The notes beneath the pieces are model-generated. The model worked only from the letters and a program-made list of their open reading frames with translations. It was not told where the DNA came from and searched no databases. From positions 1 through 36,194 of the forward strand of contig JABXIP010000175.1 of the NCBI GenBank assembly GCA_013373005.1: a DNA stretch of 36,194 nt, read 5' to 3'. A program made the position numbers and the translations under genes. How positions within the stretch are numbered: position 1 is the stretch's first letter; every line of letters starts with the position of its first letter. Below are positions 8,413 to 17,370 of this stretch, piece after piece. Source of the DNA: Cytophagia bacterium (GTDB lineage Bacteria; Bacteroidota; Bacteroidia; Cytophagales; Cyclobacteriaceae).

Positions 8413-8467
8413 GTTCCTTTTTTGGATTATCCTTACTTTCGGGACTTGTTTTAGGAAAAGCTCAATC

Positions 8468-9295
8468 ATGAAGAAAATCTTAACCTTTTTGCTCTTAACA
8501 ATTACTTTATCGGTTTTCAGTCAGGAAGAAGAAAGACCTCATACTGCTGCTGCCAATGTAAAGGTTATTGAAACACCTCTGCACTTTCCTCGAATTGATA
8601 GGGAGCGCCAGATCCGGATTTACCTTCCTCCCAATTATTCAGCAACCAAGAAGGACTACGAGGTGCTTTATATGCACGATGGTCAGAATCTCTTTGATGA
8701 CGCTACTTCATTTGTAGGCGAATGGGGAGTAGATGAGGTTTTGAATGAGCTTTATAAAGAAAAAGGCCTCGAGCTGATTGTTGTAGGTATAGACAATGGC
8801 CAACAGCACAGAATGCTGGAATTAACTGGTTGGGATCATGAAAAGTATGGAAAGGCAGAAGGCAAGGAGTACATGAACTTTATTATAAGAGTAGTAAAGC
8901 CCTATGTCGATGATCATTACAGAACTTTAAGCTCTTGGGAACACACAGGAATTATGGGCAGCTCCATGGGTGGCTTGATTTCTCACTATGCCATGTTTCA
9001 ATATTCAGGATACTTCAGTAAGGCTGGAATTTTTTCACCGAGCTATTGGTATGGAGAAGGACCGTTCGAACAGGTAAAGAAGCTGAAGCTGGCCCCGGAA
9101 GCAAAGCTATTTTTGTATATGGGAGGTAAAGAGGGAGATATGATGGTCGATAATTTCAATAGAATGATCGACCTGCTGAAGGAGGAAGGTTACTCAGACC
9201 AAATTCGAACTAAGATTACTCCGGAAGGAGAGCACAAGGAGCCGTTTTGGAAGGCCGAGCTGAAGGAGGCACTTCTTTGGCTTTACAGTAAATAG
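8468..9295 (+). CDS. Secreted alpha/beta-hydrolase (putative esterase)
   Basis: Signal peptide, YMHDGQNLFD, nucleophile elbow GSSMGG, C-terminal His (GEH). Confidence 0.88.
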   Translation: MKKILTFLLLTITLSVFSQEEERPHTAAANVKVIETPLHFPRIDRERQIRIYLPPNYSATKKDYEVLYMHDGQNLFDDATSFVGEWGVDEVLNELYKEKGLELIVVGIDNGQQHRMLELTGWDHEKYGKAEGKEYMNFIIRVVKPYVDDHYRTLSSWEHTGIMGSSMGGLISHYAMFQYSGYFSKAGIFSPSYWYGEGPFEQVKKLKLAPEAKLFLYMGGKEGDMMVDNFNRMIDLLKEEGYSDQIRTKITPEGEHKEPFWKAELKEALLWLYSK

Positions 9296-9325
9296 CTCTG
9301 GGTTCCATTAGGTACAACGATCTAT

Positions 9326-9333
9326 TATATTTG
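9326..9333 (+). promoter_or_regulatory. Bacteroidota -7 promoter element
   Basis: TATATTTG, 17 nt upstream of ATG 9351. Confidence 0.55.
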
Positions 9334-9350
9334 CGCAGATTTAAATTATC

Positions 9351-10223
9351 ATGATTTTTAGAATCATTGCTTCATTGCCACGATGGCTGGTTTATATCAT
9401 TGCGGATTTCCTGTGGTTCTGGGGCTATAAGGTTTTCGGATATAGACGAAAGGTAATCCAAGGAAATATTAAGGCTTGCTTTCCTGATTTTTCTAAAGCA
9501 GAAGTGAAGAAGACTGCGAGTGCTTTTGCCAGACAGTTTTTCCAGGTTCTGGGGGAGGCTATTTTTTCTTACAAGTTCAAAGAGGAAGACTGGAAGGATA
9601 GGATAGTGATTGAAAATGCGCGAAAAGTAAAGGAATATTTAAAGGAGAATAAGACTGTTTTGGTAACCTATGGGCACACAACTAATTGGGAGTGGCCATT
9701 GGTTTCAATGGGGCAACTGCTCAAGGTAGATATGGACTTTCTCTATAAGCCCATGGAAAATAGTTCTGTTGATAAAACATTACTGGAATTCAGAGAGAAG
9801 CATGGGGCTAAAGGATTGCCTAAGGATAATGCCATTAGGCACATTCTGAAGAACAGAAATAAGCCAAGACTAATAGGTATGGTTGGAGATCAGATTCCTG
9901 CTCGGGGTACTGATAAAGTATGGCTCGATTTTATGGGCAGAGAAACGGCCTTTTATACCGGCCTAGAAAAAATAGCAGTAGCTACACAAAGCCCGGTTTT
10001 CTTTTTGGAGGTGATAAGAGTAGGGAGGGGTAAATATCAATATACTTTTAAAGAAATCGATTCGCCACCTTATGCCAAAGACCACACGGGTATTATAGAA
10101 AAATATGCCTCATGCATAGAAGATAATATCCGAAAGCAGCCTGAAGGGTATCTATGGTCTCACAAAAGGTGGAAGTACACTAAAGCAGAAGATCCTACTC
10201 TAAAAGAAAATATTGATCTGTAG
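9351..10223 (+). CDS. Lipid A biosynthesis (LpxL/HtrB-like) lysophospholipid acyltransferase, copy 1
   Basis: HX4E motif GHTTNWE, GDQ, YLWSHKRWK. Confidence 0.88.
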   Translation: MIFRIIASLPRWLVYIIADFLWFWGYKVFGYRRKVIQGNIKACFPDFSKAEVKKTASAFARQFFQVLGEAIFSYKFKEEDWKDRIVIENARKVKEYLKENKTVLVTYGHTTNWEWPLVSMGQLLKVDMDFLYKPMENSSVDKTLLEFREKHGAKGLPKDNAIRHILKNRNKPRLIGMVGDQIPARGTDKVWLDFMGRETAFYTGLEKIAVATQSPVFFLEVIRVGRGKYQYTFKEIDSPPYAKDHTGIIEKYASCIEDNIRKQPEGYLWSHKRWKYTKAEDPTLKENIDL

Positions 10224-10282
10224 TACTCTTAAAGAACTATATAATTAAACAACACGTTGCATCTACTCACTCAATTGCCTCA

Positions 10283-11143
10283 ATGATTTTTGTAAAGCTG
10301 GCTTCTTACCTTCCTTTTTGGTGGGTGTATTTCTGGTTCAGAATGACAGCCTATTTTAGCTTTTATGTGCTGAAGTACAGAAGGGCGGTGGTTCATCATA
10401 ATATCAAGAACTCTTTTCCTGAATTGTCTGATAAGGCGCGACTAAAAATTGAGAAGCGATTTTATCTCCAGTTTATGGAGGTGTTTGCCGAGATGACCAA
10501 ATCTTACAGTTTTAAAAAGAAGGATTGGGAAGAGAGATGCAAAATCACCAATCCAGAAATCCTCACAGCTCATCTTGACAAAAAGGAGCCTGTATTACTC
10601 ATTTCTGGTCATGTTACTAACTGGGAGTGGCCCGCTCATTCCATCAGTAGTCAAATGGACTACCCTATGGAGTTTCTATACAAGCCTTTGAAGAGCAAAA
10701 AATACGAGTCTATTGTGCATCAGCTTAGGACTAGGCATGGGGGTGTTCCAATTACCAAGGACAATGCTTTGAGAGAGATTGTTAGGAGAAAGAAGGTTCC
10801 GCGGATAATTGGTATTGTGGGAGATCAGGTTCCCAGCATTGGTACCGAAAAAGTATGGGTTGAGTTTCTAAATCAAGAATCTGCATTTTATAGCTCACCT
10901 GAGCGTATTGCCACAGCTGTTAACTACCCGGTCTATTTTTGCGATGTAGTGCGGGTTTCTAAAGGTCATTATGAAGTAACTTTTAAGCCCATCGCTGCGC
11001 CACTATATTCTGACGATCCGGGAATAGTCACGAAGTATGCAGAAATGCTTGAAGAGTCAATTCGGAAAAGTCCATCAGATTACCTTTGGTCTCACAAACG
11101 TTGGAAGTATACCAAGGAAGACGAAAAGCGAATCTTAGGCTAA
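10283..11143 (+). CDS. Lipid A biosynthesis (LpxL/HtrB-like) lysophospholipid acyltransferase, copy 2
   Basis: GHVTNWE, GDQ, YLWSHKRWK; clear paralogue of the upstream gene. Confidence 0.88.
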   Translation: MIFVKLASYLPFWWVYFWFRMTAYFSFYVLKYRRAVVHHNIKNSFPELSDKARLKIEKRFYLQFMEVFAEMTKSYSFKKKDWEERCKITNPEILTAHLDKKEPVLLISGHVTNWEWPAHSISSQMDYPMEFLYKPLKSKKYESIVHQLRTRHGGVPITKDNALREIVRRKKVPRIIGIVGDQVPSIGTEKVWVEFLNQESAFYSSPERIATAVNYPVYFCDVVRVSKGHYEVTFKPIAAPLYSDDPGIVTKYAEMLEESIRKSPSDYLWSHKRWKYTKEDEKRILG

Positions 11144-13642
11144 TCATTCATCTCTCAATATCTCTGAAGGGTTTTGCTTGGCAGCATTCAAAGAGTGAAC
11201 GCCAATGGTAAGCCAGGCGATAGCCACAGAAACTAACCCTACTAACATAAATACCCATACTTCAATAGGTGTTTTGTAGGCAAAATTGGCCAGCCAATTC
11301 TTAATAAAGAAGTAAGCCAAGGGGCTGGCAATTACAATTGAGATAATAATTAGCAGAGAGAATTCTTTGGTGAATGAAACAATCAATTGCTTAACCGTAG
11401 CTCCCAAAACCTTTCTAATGCCCAACTCTTTCTTACGTTGTTCTGAGGCAAAAGCACTTAATCCGAAAAGCCCTAAACAAGCAATGGTAAGAGCCATAGC
11501 AGTGAAAATATTTAGTATCTGTCCCATTTGCTGTTCCGTTCTAAAGTTGGCCTCGAATAGCTGATCCATAAATGAATATTCAAATGGAACTGAGGCGTCT
11601 ATTTCTTTGAGACTGGCTTCAATATTTTTCAGGCTTCTTTCAAGAGCCGGTATATCATTGACTATTTGCGAGTTCAGTCTAACAGACAAGTAATTCTTAC
11701 CAATATCGTACATGAAGTCGTTTTCCTCATTAATGATAAGCAAAGGTCCGATTTCAAAGCGTACGCTATTGAAGTTAAAATTCTCTACCACACCAATTAC
11801 TTCAAACAACGCTTGAGTGCTGTTGGGGAAGGTGATGTGCTGACCTATGGGTGAATTTTCAGGATTGATAGGGAACTCCCAGCCCAAAGTTTTTACTGCT
11901 TCGGCATTAAGAATGACCTTGTATTTATCTGTGCCACGACTTTTATCGAAGTTTCTACCTTCAATAAAGTGAAGGTTCAGCAGGTTGACGTATTCTTCAT
12001 TAACTCTGATTCTGTTAAGTGTTACAGCTTCTGTATCGGGACCATAGGCCTTGTATTTGTCTTCGTTCCAAACTTCCGGTGGGGTAAGGTCAGATACTCC
12101 GGCTTCTTCAAAGGCTGAGTTGCTAATGAGCATAGACTGTAAGGTTTGCTGCTGCTCATGACTTAGCATTTCCATGTTGTGCACCTGAAGGATGTTTTCT
12201 GAATTGAAGCCCAGATTCAAATTGGACACATAGTTCAGCTGTTTTTGCACAAAAAAGGTGGCAATTATTAGTGCCACAGATATGGTGAATTGAACAATTA
12301 CCAAAGTGTTTCTCAGCATACTCCCTTTGAAACCAGTGCTGAGTTTGCCCTTCAATACTTTGATTGGGCTGAAAGAAGACAGGTAGAAAGCAGGGTAGCT
12401 TCCAGCAGCAATGCCCAGCAGCAGAATGAATCCGGCTATAATTCCTAAAGCCATTGGGTCATTGGCATATTCATATAAGCTCAGGTTAGTATTGGCAATG
12501 AGGTTAAAACCATCCAATGAAATCTCGGTTACCACCAAGGCAATAACTGTACTCACCGCTACATATAGCACTGACTCAAAGATGAATTGCTGAATGAGTG
12601 TTCGTTTTTCTGAGCCTAATACTTTTCTAATGCCCACCTCTTTGGCTCTTCCGGCTGACTTGGCGGTAGAAAGGTTCATAAAGTTGATGCTGCACAAGAG
12701 GAGAATGAGTACGCCAACGGCTGTGAAGATCTGTATGTACAATATGTTTCCGCTAGGCCCGATTCTATTGCCTGAAGTTGGTGTATGGATATATACTTCA
12801 CTTAAAGGCTGAAGCTCCAGTGTCCATTCTTTCTCGCCTATATATTCCTCATAGGTCTGACCAAATACATTCTGAATTTCCTGTTTGGCCCATTTAGGAG
12901 GAATGGATTGAATTTTAGCTTCAAGCTGATCTACATCTACTCCTTCAGCAACCAGTCCATATGTGACAAAGGTTGTCCAAATCCATTGGTGTTGACGCTG
13001 CTTTATATGGTTATAAGATTCCATGGAAAGTAGTATGTCGAATTGTATATGAGAATTCAGAGGGATATCTTCAATGACGGCCGTTACTCGAAATGGCTTT
13101 CCTTCGCCTGCCTGATTTACGACTAAGGTTTTTCCTACTGCTTCTTCGGTGCCGAAATATTTGGTGGCCGTCTCTTGGGTGATGACCATATTGCCCGGTA
13201 AAGCCAAGGCCTCTCCTAAGTTTCCCTCCTCAGCTTTAAAATCGAAGATTTTGAAAAAGTTTTGCTCGGCTATGAAAGCATTATTTTCAGTAAAAGAAAC
13301 CGGGTTACCTGCATCTGGTCTATAGCTCACAGCAACTTCTCCAGGAGTATGAACTCGTGTTACTTCCTCGAATTCGGGTACATCAGACCTTAGAGCAATG
13401 GCCAGATTGGGGCCGGTAGAAGCAAAAGACTCGTTCCAATCACCCCAGATCATTGGTTGATTGACCCGATAGATTCTATCTCGCTTTGAATGGAAGTTGT
13501 CATAGCTATACTGATCCAGCACATAAAGAGAGATGATTACCGTGGCGGTAATCCCAATGGTTAACCCTAGAATATTGAGGAGGGCAAATTGTTTGTGTCT
13601 GATGGCATTGCGCCAGGCAATGGTGAACATGGTTCTGAGCAT
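11144..13642 (-). CDS. MacB/FtsX-type duplicated ABC permease
   Basis: MLRTMFTIAWRN start, RAKEVGIRKVLGS and RKKELGIRKVLGA repeats, C-terminal NPSEILRDE. Confidence 0.92.
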   Translation of the reverse strand: MLRTMFTIAWRNAIRHKQFALLNILGLTIGITATVIISLYVLDQYSYDNFHSKRDRIYRVNQPMIWGDWNESFASTGPNLAIALRSDVPEFEEVTRVHTPGEVAVSYRPDAGNPVSFTENNAFIAEQNFFKIFDFKAEEGNLGEALALPGNMVITQETATKYFGTEEAVGKTLVVNQAGEGKPFRVTAVIEDIPLNSHIQFDILLSMESYNHIKQRQHQWIWTTFVTYGLVAEGVDVDQLEAKIQSIPPKWAKQEIQNVFGQTYEEYIGEKEWTLELQPLSEVYIHTPTSGNRIGPSGNILYIQIFTAVGVLILLLCSINFMNLSTAKSAGRAKEVGIRKVLGSEKRTLIQQFIFESVLYVAVSTVIALVVTEISLDGFNLIANTNLSLYEYANDPMALGIIAGFILLLGIAAGSYPAFYLSSFSPIKVLKGKLSTGFKGSMLRNTLVIVQFTISVALIIATFFVQKQLNYVSNLNLGFNSENILQVHNMEMLSHEQQQTLQSMLISNSAFEEAGVSDLTPPEVWNEDKYKAYGPDTEAVTLNRIRVNEEYVNLLNLHFIEGRNFDKSRGTDKYKVILNAEAVKTLGWEFPINPENSPIGQHITFPNSTQALFEVIGVVENFNFNSVRFEIGPLLIINEENDFMYDIGKNYLSVRLNSQIVNDIPALERSLKNIEASLKEIDASVPFEYSFMDQLFEANFRTEQQMGQILNIFTAMALTIACLGLFGLSAFASEQRKKELGIRKVLGATVKQLIVSFTKEFSLLIIISIVIASPLAYFFIKNWLANFAYKTPIEVWVFMLVGLVSVAIAWLTIGVHSLNAAKQNPSEILRDE

Positions 13643-13673
13643 AGCTGAATGTAATAAGTTCGACCTTACTTAG

Positions 13674-13690
13674 CCAAGGAGTGTGCCAAA
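13674..13690 (-). promoter_or_regulatory. Sigma54-like -24/-12 promoter for the permease
   Basis: Minus strand TTTGGCACACTCCTTGG (TGGCAC-N5-TTG), about 30 nt before the start codon. Confidence 0.6.
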
Positions 13691-13790
13691 CAAGAACAAG
13701 CCTAAACAGGCTTTATCGGCATGTTCGGGCTCGTGGATTTTATAAATCTGTTCTTTGAAGGACGTTGGTGTTCGCTGGCGGTCGGTTAAC

Positions 13791-13820
13791 AAAAATGCCA
13801 CACCTTTTGGGCATGGCATT
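13791..13820 (-). terminator. Intrinsic terminator of htpG
   Basis: Minus strand AATGCCATGCCC-AAAA-GGTGTGGCATTTTT, downstream of the htpG stop. Confidence 0.7.
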
Positions 13821-13844
13821 CAAATATCAATTTGGAGTTAAGTT

Positions 13845-15737
13845 TTACTTGCTCAATAACTCTGTGCTTCTCTTAATGAAATCTGTTAATGACTTGCCTT
13901 CGAGTAAACCTTGAGACAGCATAGCAAGGTCAATAGCCTGTTTAGCCAGACCCTCTTTGGCTTCATCTCCATCAGACTTCAATATTTTATCAGCCAATGG
14001 GTGGTTACCATTTACAGACACATCATAAGTATCAGGCATGGCGCCAAACATATTGAAGCCTCCGCCTCCTGTAGCCTGCATTTCCTTCATTCTGCGCATA
14101 AACTCAGACATGGTGATGGTTACAGGAGCATCATCCGGAGAAAGTGCTTCAACTTCTACCTTAAAGTTTTCATTGCCAATTGATTTAGCAAATACACCCT
14201 TCAGACTTTCTTTTTGTTCGTCTGTGAGAATGAGTTCTCTCTTCTCGTCTTTATCGATAAGCTTATTCAGGTTGTCAGAGTCAACACGCTTAATCTGTGT
14301 TTTCTCCAGCTTCATTTCCATGTGGTTGATGAAGTGGCTGTCGATAGGAGAGTCCAAAATTAACACATCATAACCTTTGTCTTGAGCGGCATTGATAAAG
14401 GCATCTTGCTTGGCTGGGTTATTGGCATACAACCATACTTTATTGCCGTCTTTATCGGTTTGATTGGCCTCAATATGTGCTTCATATTCTTTTAAGGTGA
14501 AGCACTTACCTGCCGTGTTTTTCACCAAAGCATAATCTGTTGCTTTCTCATAGAATTTCTCTTCCGAGATCATTCCATACTTCACAAATAGCCCAATGTC
14601 GTCCCACTTCTTCTCGTACGATTCTCTCTCTTTCTTGAAGAGTTCACCCAACTTGTCTGCCACTTTTTTAGTGATGTAGGTGTTGATCTTCTTCACATTT
14701 CCATCAGACTGAAGGTATGAACGAGATACGTTCAAAGGAATGTCTGGAGAGTCGATGATACCGTGTAGCAGCATCAGGAACTCAGGAACAACATCCTTCA
14801 CCTCATCGGTAATGAATACCTGACGAGAGTACAGCTGAATTTTATTCTTCTGCATTTCGAAGTCGTTCTTCAGCTTAGGGAAGTAAAGAATTCCGGTTAG
14901 CTCAAACGGATAGTCAACATTCAGGTGAATCCAGAATAGTGGATCTTCAGAGAATGGATAAAGCTCTTTGTAGAATGAGAGGTAATCTTCATCTGTCAGA
15001 TCTGAAGGCGACTTGGTCCAGATAGGAGCGGTATTGTTAATGATGTTGTCCTTCTTAACTGTCTTCCACTTCTTCTTGCCCTCTTTGTCTTCACCATCTT
15101 CTACAGATTCTTCTTTCTCACCGAATTTCACTTCGATAGGAAGGAATTTGGCATACTTATCTAGAATGCCCTGAACTCTGCTATCTTCTAAGAACTCTTC
15201 AGAGTCTTCGTTGATGTGCAGGGTAATGGTTGTACCTCTTGTCTTTCTCTTTCCTTCTTTGATCTCGAACTCTGTGCTACCATCACAAATCCATTTGGCA
15301 GGCTCTGCACCTTCCTGATAGCTCAATGAGTCAATTTCAACCTTGCCGGCCACCATAAAGGCAGAGTAGAAGCCAAGACCGAATTTACCAATGATCTCTT
15401 TGGCATCTCCGGCATCTTTAAACTTCTCAACGAATTCAGTAGCGCCTGAAAAAGCAATCTGGTTGATGTACTTTTTAATCTCCTCCGCAGTCATACCAAT
15501 ACCGGCATCTTTCACGGTAATGGTTTTCTTCTTTTTGTTTACCTCTACCTCAACTCTGGTTTCACCAAGGTCTCCAGTGTATTCACCTAGAGAGGCTAAT
15601 CTTTTGATTTTTTGCGTGGCGTCTACCGCATTTGAGACTAATTCTCTCAAGAAGATTTCATGATCTGAATAGAGAAACTTCTTGATGATCGGGAATATGT
15701 TCTCGGTATGTATCGAGATTGTACCTTTCTCTTGCAT
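13845..15737 (-). CDS. htpG: Molecular chaperone HtpG (Hsp90)
   Basis: LYSDHEIFLRELVSNAVDA, DAGIGMT, IGKFGLGFYSAF, DSPDIPLNVSR. Confidence 0.98.
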   Translation of the reverse strand: MQEKGTISIHTENIFPIIKKFLYSDHEIFLRELVSNAVDATQKIKRLASLGEYTGDLGETRVEVEVNKKKKTITVKDAGIGMTAEEIKKYINQIAFSGATEFVEKFKDAGDAKEIIGKFGLGFYSAFMVAGKVEIDSLSYQEGAEPAKWICDGSTEFEIKEGKRKTRGTTITLHINEDSEEFLEDSRVQGILDKYAKFLPIEVKFGEKEESVEDGEDKEGKKKWKTVKKDNIINNTAPIWTKSPSDLTDEDYLSFYKELYPFSEDPLFWIHLNVDYPFELTGILYFPKLKNDFEMQKNKIQLYSRQVFITDEVKDVVPEFLMLLHGIIDSPDIPLNVSRSYLQSDGNVKKINTYITKKVADKLGELFKKERESYEKKWDDIGLFVKYGMISEEKFYEKATDYALVKNTAGKCFTLKEYEAHIEANQTDKDGNKVWLYANNPAKQDAFINAAQDKGYDVLILDSPIDSHFINHMEMKLEKTQIKRVDSDNLNKLIDKDEKRELILTDEQKESLKGVFAKSIGNENFKVEVEALSPDDAPVTITMSEFMRRMKEMQATGGGGFNMFGAMPDTYDVSVNGNHPLADKILKSDGDEAKEGLAKQAIDLAMLSQGLLEGKSLTDFIKRSTELLSK

Positions 15738-15774
15738 AACGTTCTGTCAGTTTTTTTTACAAGAAGCCTAAAAG

Positions 15775-15790
15775 TCAAAGTCCATACCAA
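15775..15790 (-). promoter_or_regulatory. Sigma54-like promoter for htpG
   Basis: Minus strand TTGGTATGGACTTTGA (TGGTAT-N5-TTG), about 38 nt upstream of the ATG. Confidence 0.5.
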
Positions 15791-15953
15791 GACAGAAAGA
15801 GTGACAGGCTGGCAGTCTATTATTTTATCACTGTCTTTTTGCAACCTAGTATTCAATCAGAGTGTCTCCATTATGGATTAAAACAAACCTTGCAGTAAGA
15901 GCATAGGTAATGGTTTGTTGTATTAATTTTGAACCCATATTAAAAAGAAGAAG

Positions 15954-16478
15954 ATGAAGAAGTGGATTGCGGGAATTGCATTGTTGAGTTTGTTTGGATG
16001 TTTAGGAGAAGATGACACCCCTCAATATAATCCTATTGAGCAGTTGGAAGTAGATATAGCCGCTATTGAGCAGCATTTAACCGCTAACAATATTACCACA
16101 GTAGAAGATGAGCAGACTGGTATCAGATATATTATTCTCGAGGAAGGTAACGGAATGGACCCTACCGATGGAGATGTGGTATTGGTGAATTACGAGCTCT
16201 ACAATTTTGAAGGCGATTTGCTAGATACAAACGTAGAGAGTGTTGCTGTAGATGGTGGCATACATAATGAAGAAAGAAACTACCAACCGCTACAGTTTCA
16301 ATTGGGAACCAACGGACTTATTCCTGGCTTTCAAAGATCTACACTTTTGTTGTCAGAGGAAGGTAAAGGAGATTTCTATATTCCTTCAGTTTGGTGCTAC
16401 CAAAACTATGGTTCTGCTAACATAGGTCCCAATGAAAACCTAAGGTTCATTATAGAGCTTGTTAAGGTGAATCCTTAA
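15954..16478 (+). CDS. FKBP-type peptidyl-prolyl cis-trans isomerase, lipoprotein
   Basis: Lipobox LFGC; V.VNY, LIPGF, IPSVWCY, IGPNENLRFIIEL FKBP motifs. Confidence 0.9.
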   Translation: MKKWIAGIALLSLFGCLGEDDTPQYNPIEQLEVDIAAIEQHLTANNITTVEDEQTGIRYIILEEGNGMDPTDGDVVLVNYELYNFEGDLLDTNVESVAVDGGIHNEERNYQPLQFQLGTNGLIPGFQRSTLLLSEEGKGDFYIPSVWCYQNYGSANIGPNENLRFIIELVKVNP

Positions 16479-16500
16479 TAGTTTATGAAATTTGAATAGA

Positions 16501-16530
16501 GAAAGCCTGGCTCAAGAGTCAGGCTTTTTT
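16501..16530 (+). terminator. Intrinsic terminator
   Basis: AAAGCCTGGCTC-AA-GAGTCAGGCTTTTTT. Confidence 0.8.
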
Positions 16531-16579
16531 GTTGAGATTGATTACTTTAAGTGACTATTTAACTAAAGCCCAATAAACC

Positions 16580-16741
16580 ATGTCAATCACTTCTACCCTC
16601 ATTATTCTTCTTTTGATTTTTATTCTATTGCTAGCCATTGTGTATTTGCTGAAAAGCTTTATCAACTCCAGCGTATCAGCCAATGAAGCCATTTTGGCCG
16701 AGTTGAGAGAAATTAAAAAGCATCTGAGAAAAGAAGACTAA
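16580..16741 (+). CDS. Putative 53-aa membrane protein (TM helix plus short amphipathic tail; not in ORF track)
   Basis: MSITSTLIILLLIFILLLAIVYLLKSFINSSVSANEAILAELREIKKHLRKED*; its stop overlaps the stop of the convergent gene. Confidence 0.65.
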   Translation: MSITSTLIILLLIFILLLAIVYLLKSFINSSVSANEAILAELREIKKHLRKED

Positions 16742-17232
16742 CGAATTCTATCTACGCTCTTTATCAGTTTTTCATCCTTGCGGATAAAGCGGTTGGCAAT
16801 GATGTTCATAAGCATAGCTCCTGCAGGTAGGTAGAATCCTAGAGAGATGGCGCCTTGCCCGTCAATCAACCCTTCATATTGGTAGATTTTGTAATAGCTA
16901 ATTCCCAAAGTGGCTGCCATAATAAGTGCATTCAATGCACCCAGCTTCATTTGGTTAAGCCTGTTTTTGAATTGGAGTATTGAAAAAATGGCGATCAACG
17001 CGGCAACAATAGTCAGGGCGCCAATGTACCAAGTGCCATCTTCTCTCAGAATGCTGTCATCCGAGAGGTCGGTTAGAGTACCGGCTGTGTCCACAACTTT
17101 CATTTTCAGAGTAGTAAGAGTTACCACCTTAGAGTCATCTGCGCTTTTTTCGCCCCAGATATAATAGGCATTAGTCATTCCCATTAAAACGGCTACTCCA
17201 AGTAGAAAAAGAGTTTGGATACGTTGAATCAT
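16738..17232 (-). CDS. DUF4293-family membrane protein
   Basis: MIQRIQTLFL N-terminus, FKNRLNQMKL, IRKDEKLIKSVDRIR C-terminus. Start moved from 17268 to 17232 because a TATATTTG promoter element lies at 17252-17259. Confidence 0.85.
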   Translation of the reverse strand: MIQRIQTLFLLGVAVLMGMTNAYYIWGEKSADDSKVVTLTTLKMKVVDTAGTLTDLSDDSILREDGTWYIGALTIVAALIAIFSILQFKNRLNQMKLGALNALIMAATLGISYYKIYQYEGLIDGQGAISLGFYLPAGAMLMNIIANRFIRKDEKLIKSVDRIR

Positions 17233-17370
17233 GATTTCCTCAATTTTTGGGCAAATATAGCAAACCAATTCACGATTGCTGATTTTGGGTTTATGATTTA
17301 AGCCTTGTCTTCCCTGCTTTGGATTAAAATCAGTTAATTCGCACTGTCATTTTTAATCGACCTTATCGGA

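Noticed and set aside
10261-10285. Short ctcaat repeat before the second acyltransferase
   Set aside because: Only two loose copies; indistinguishable from chance.
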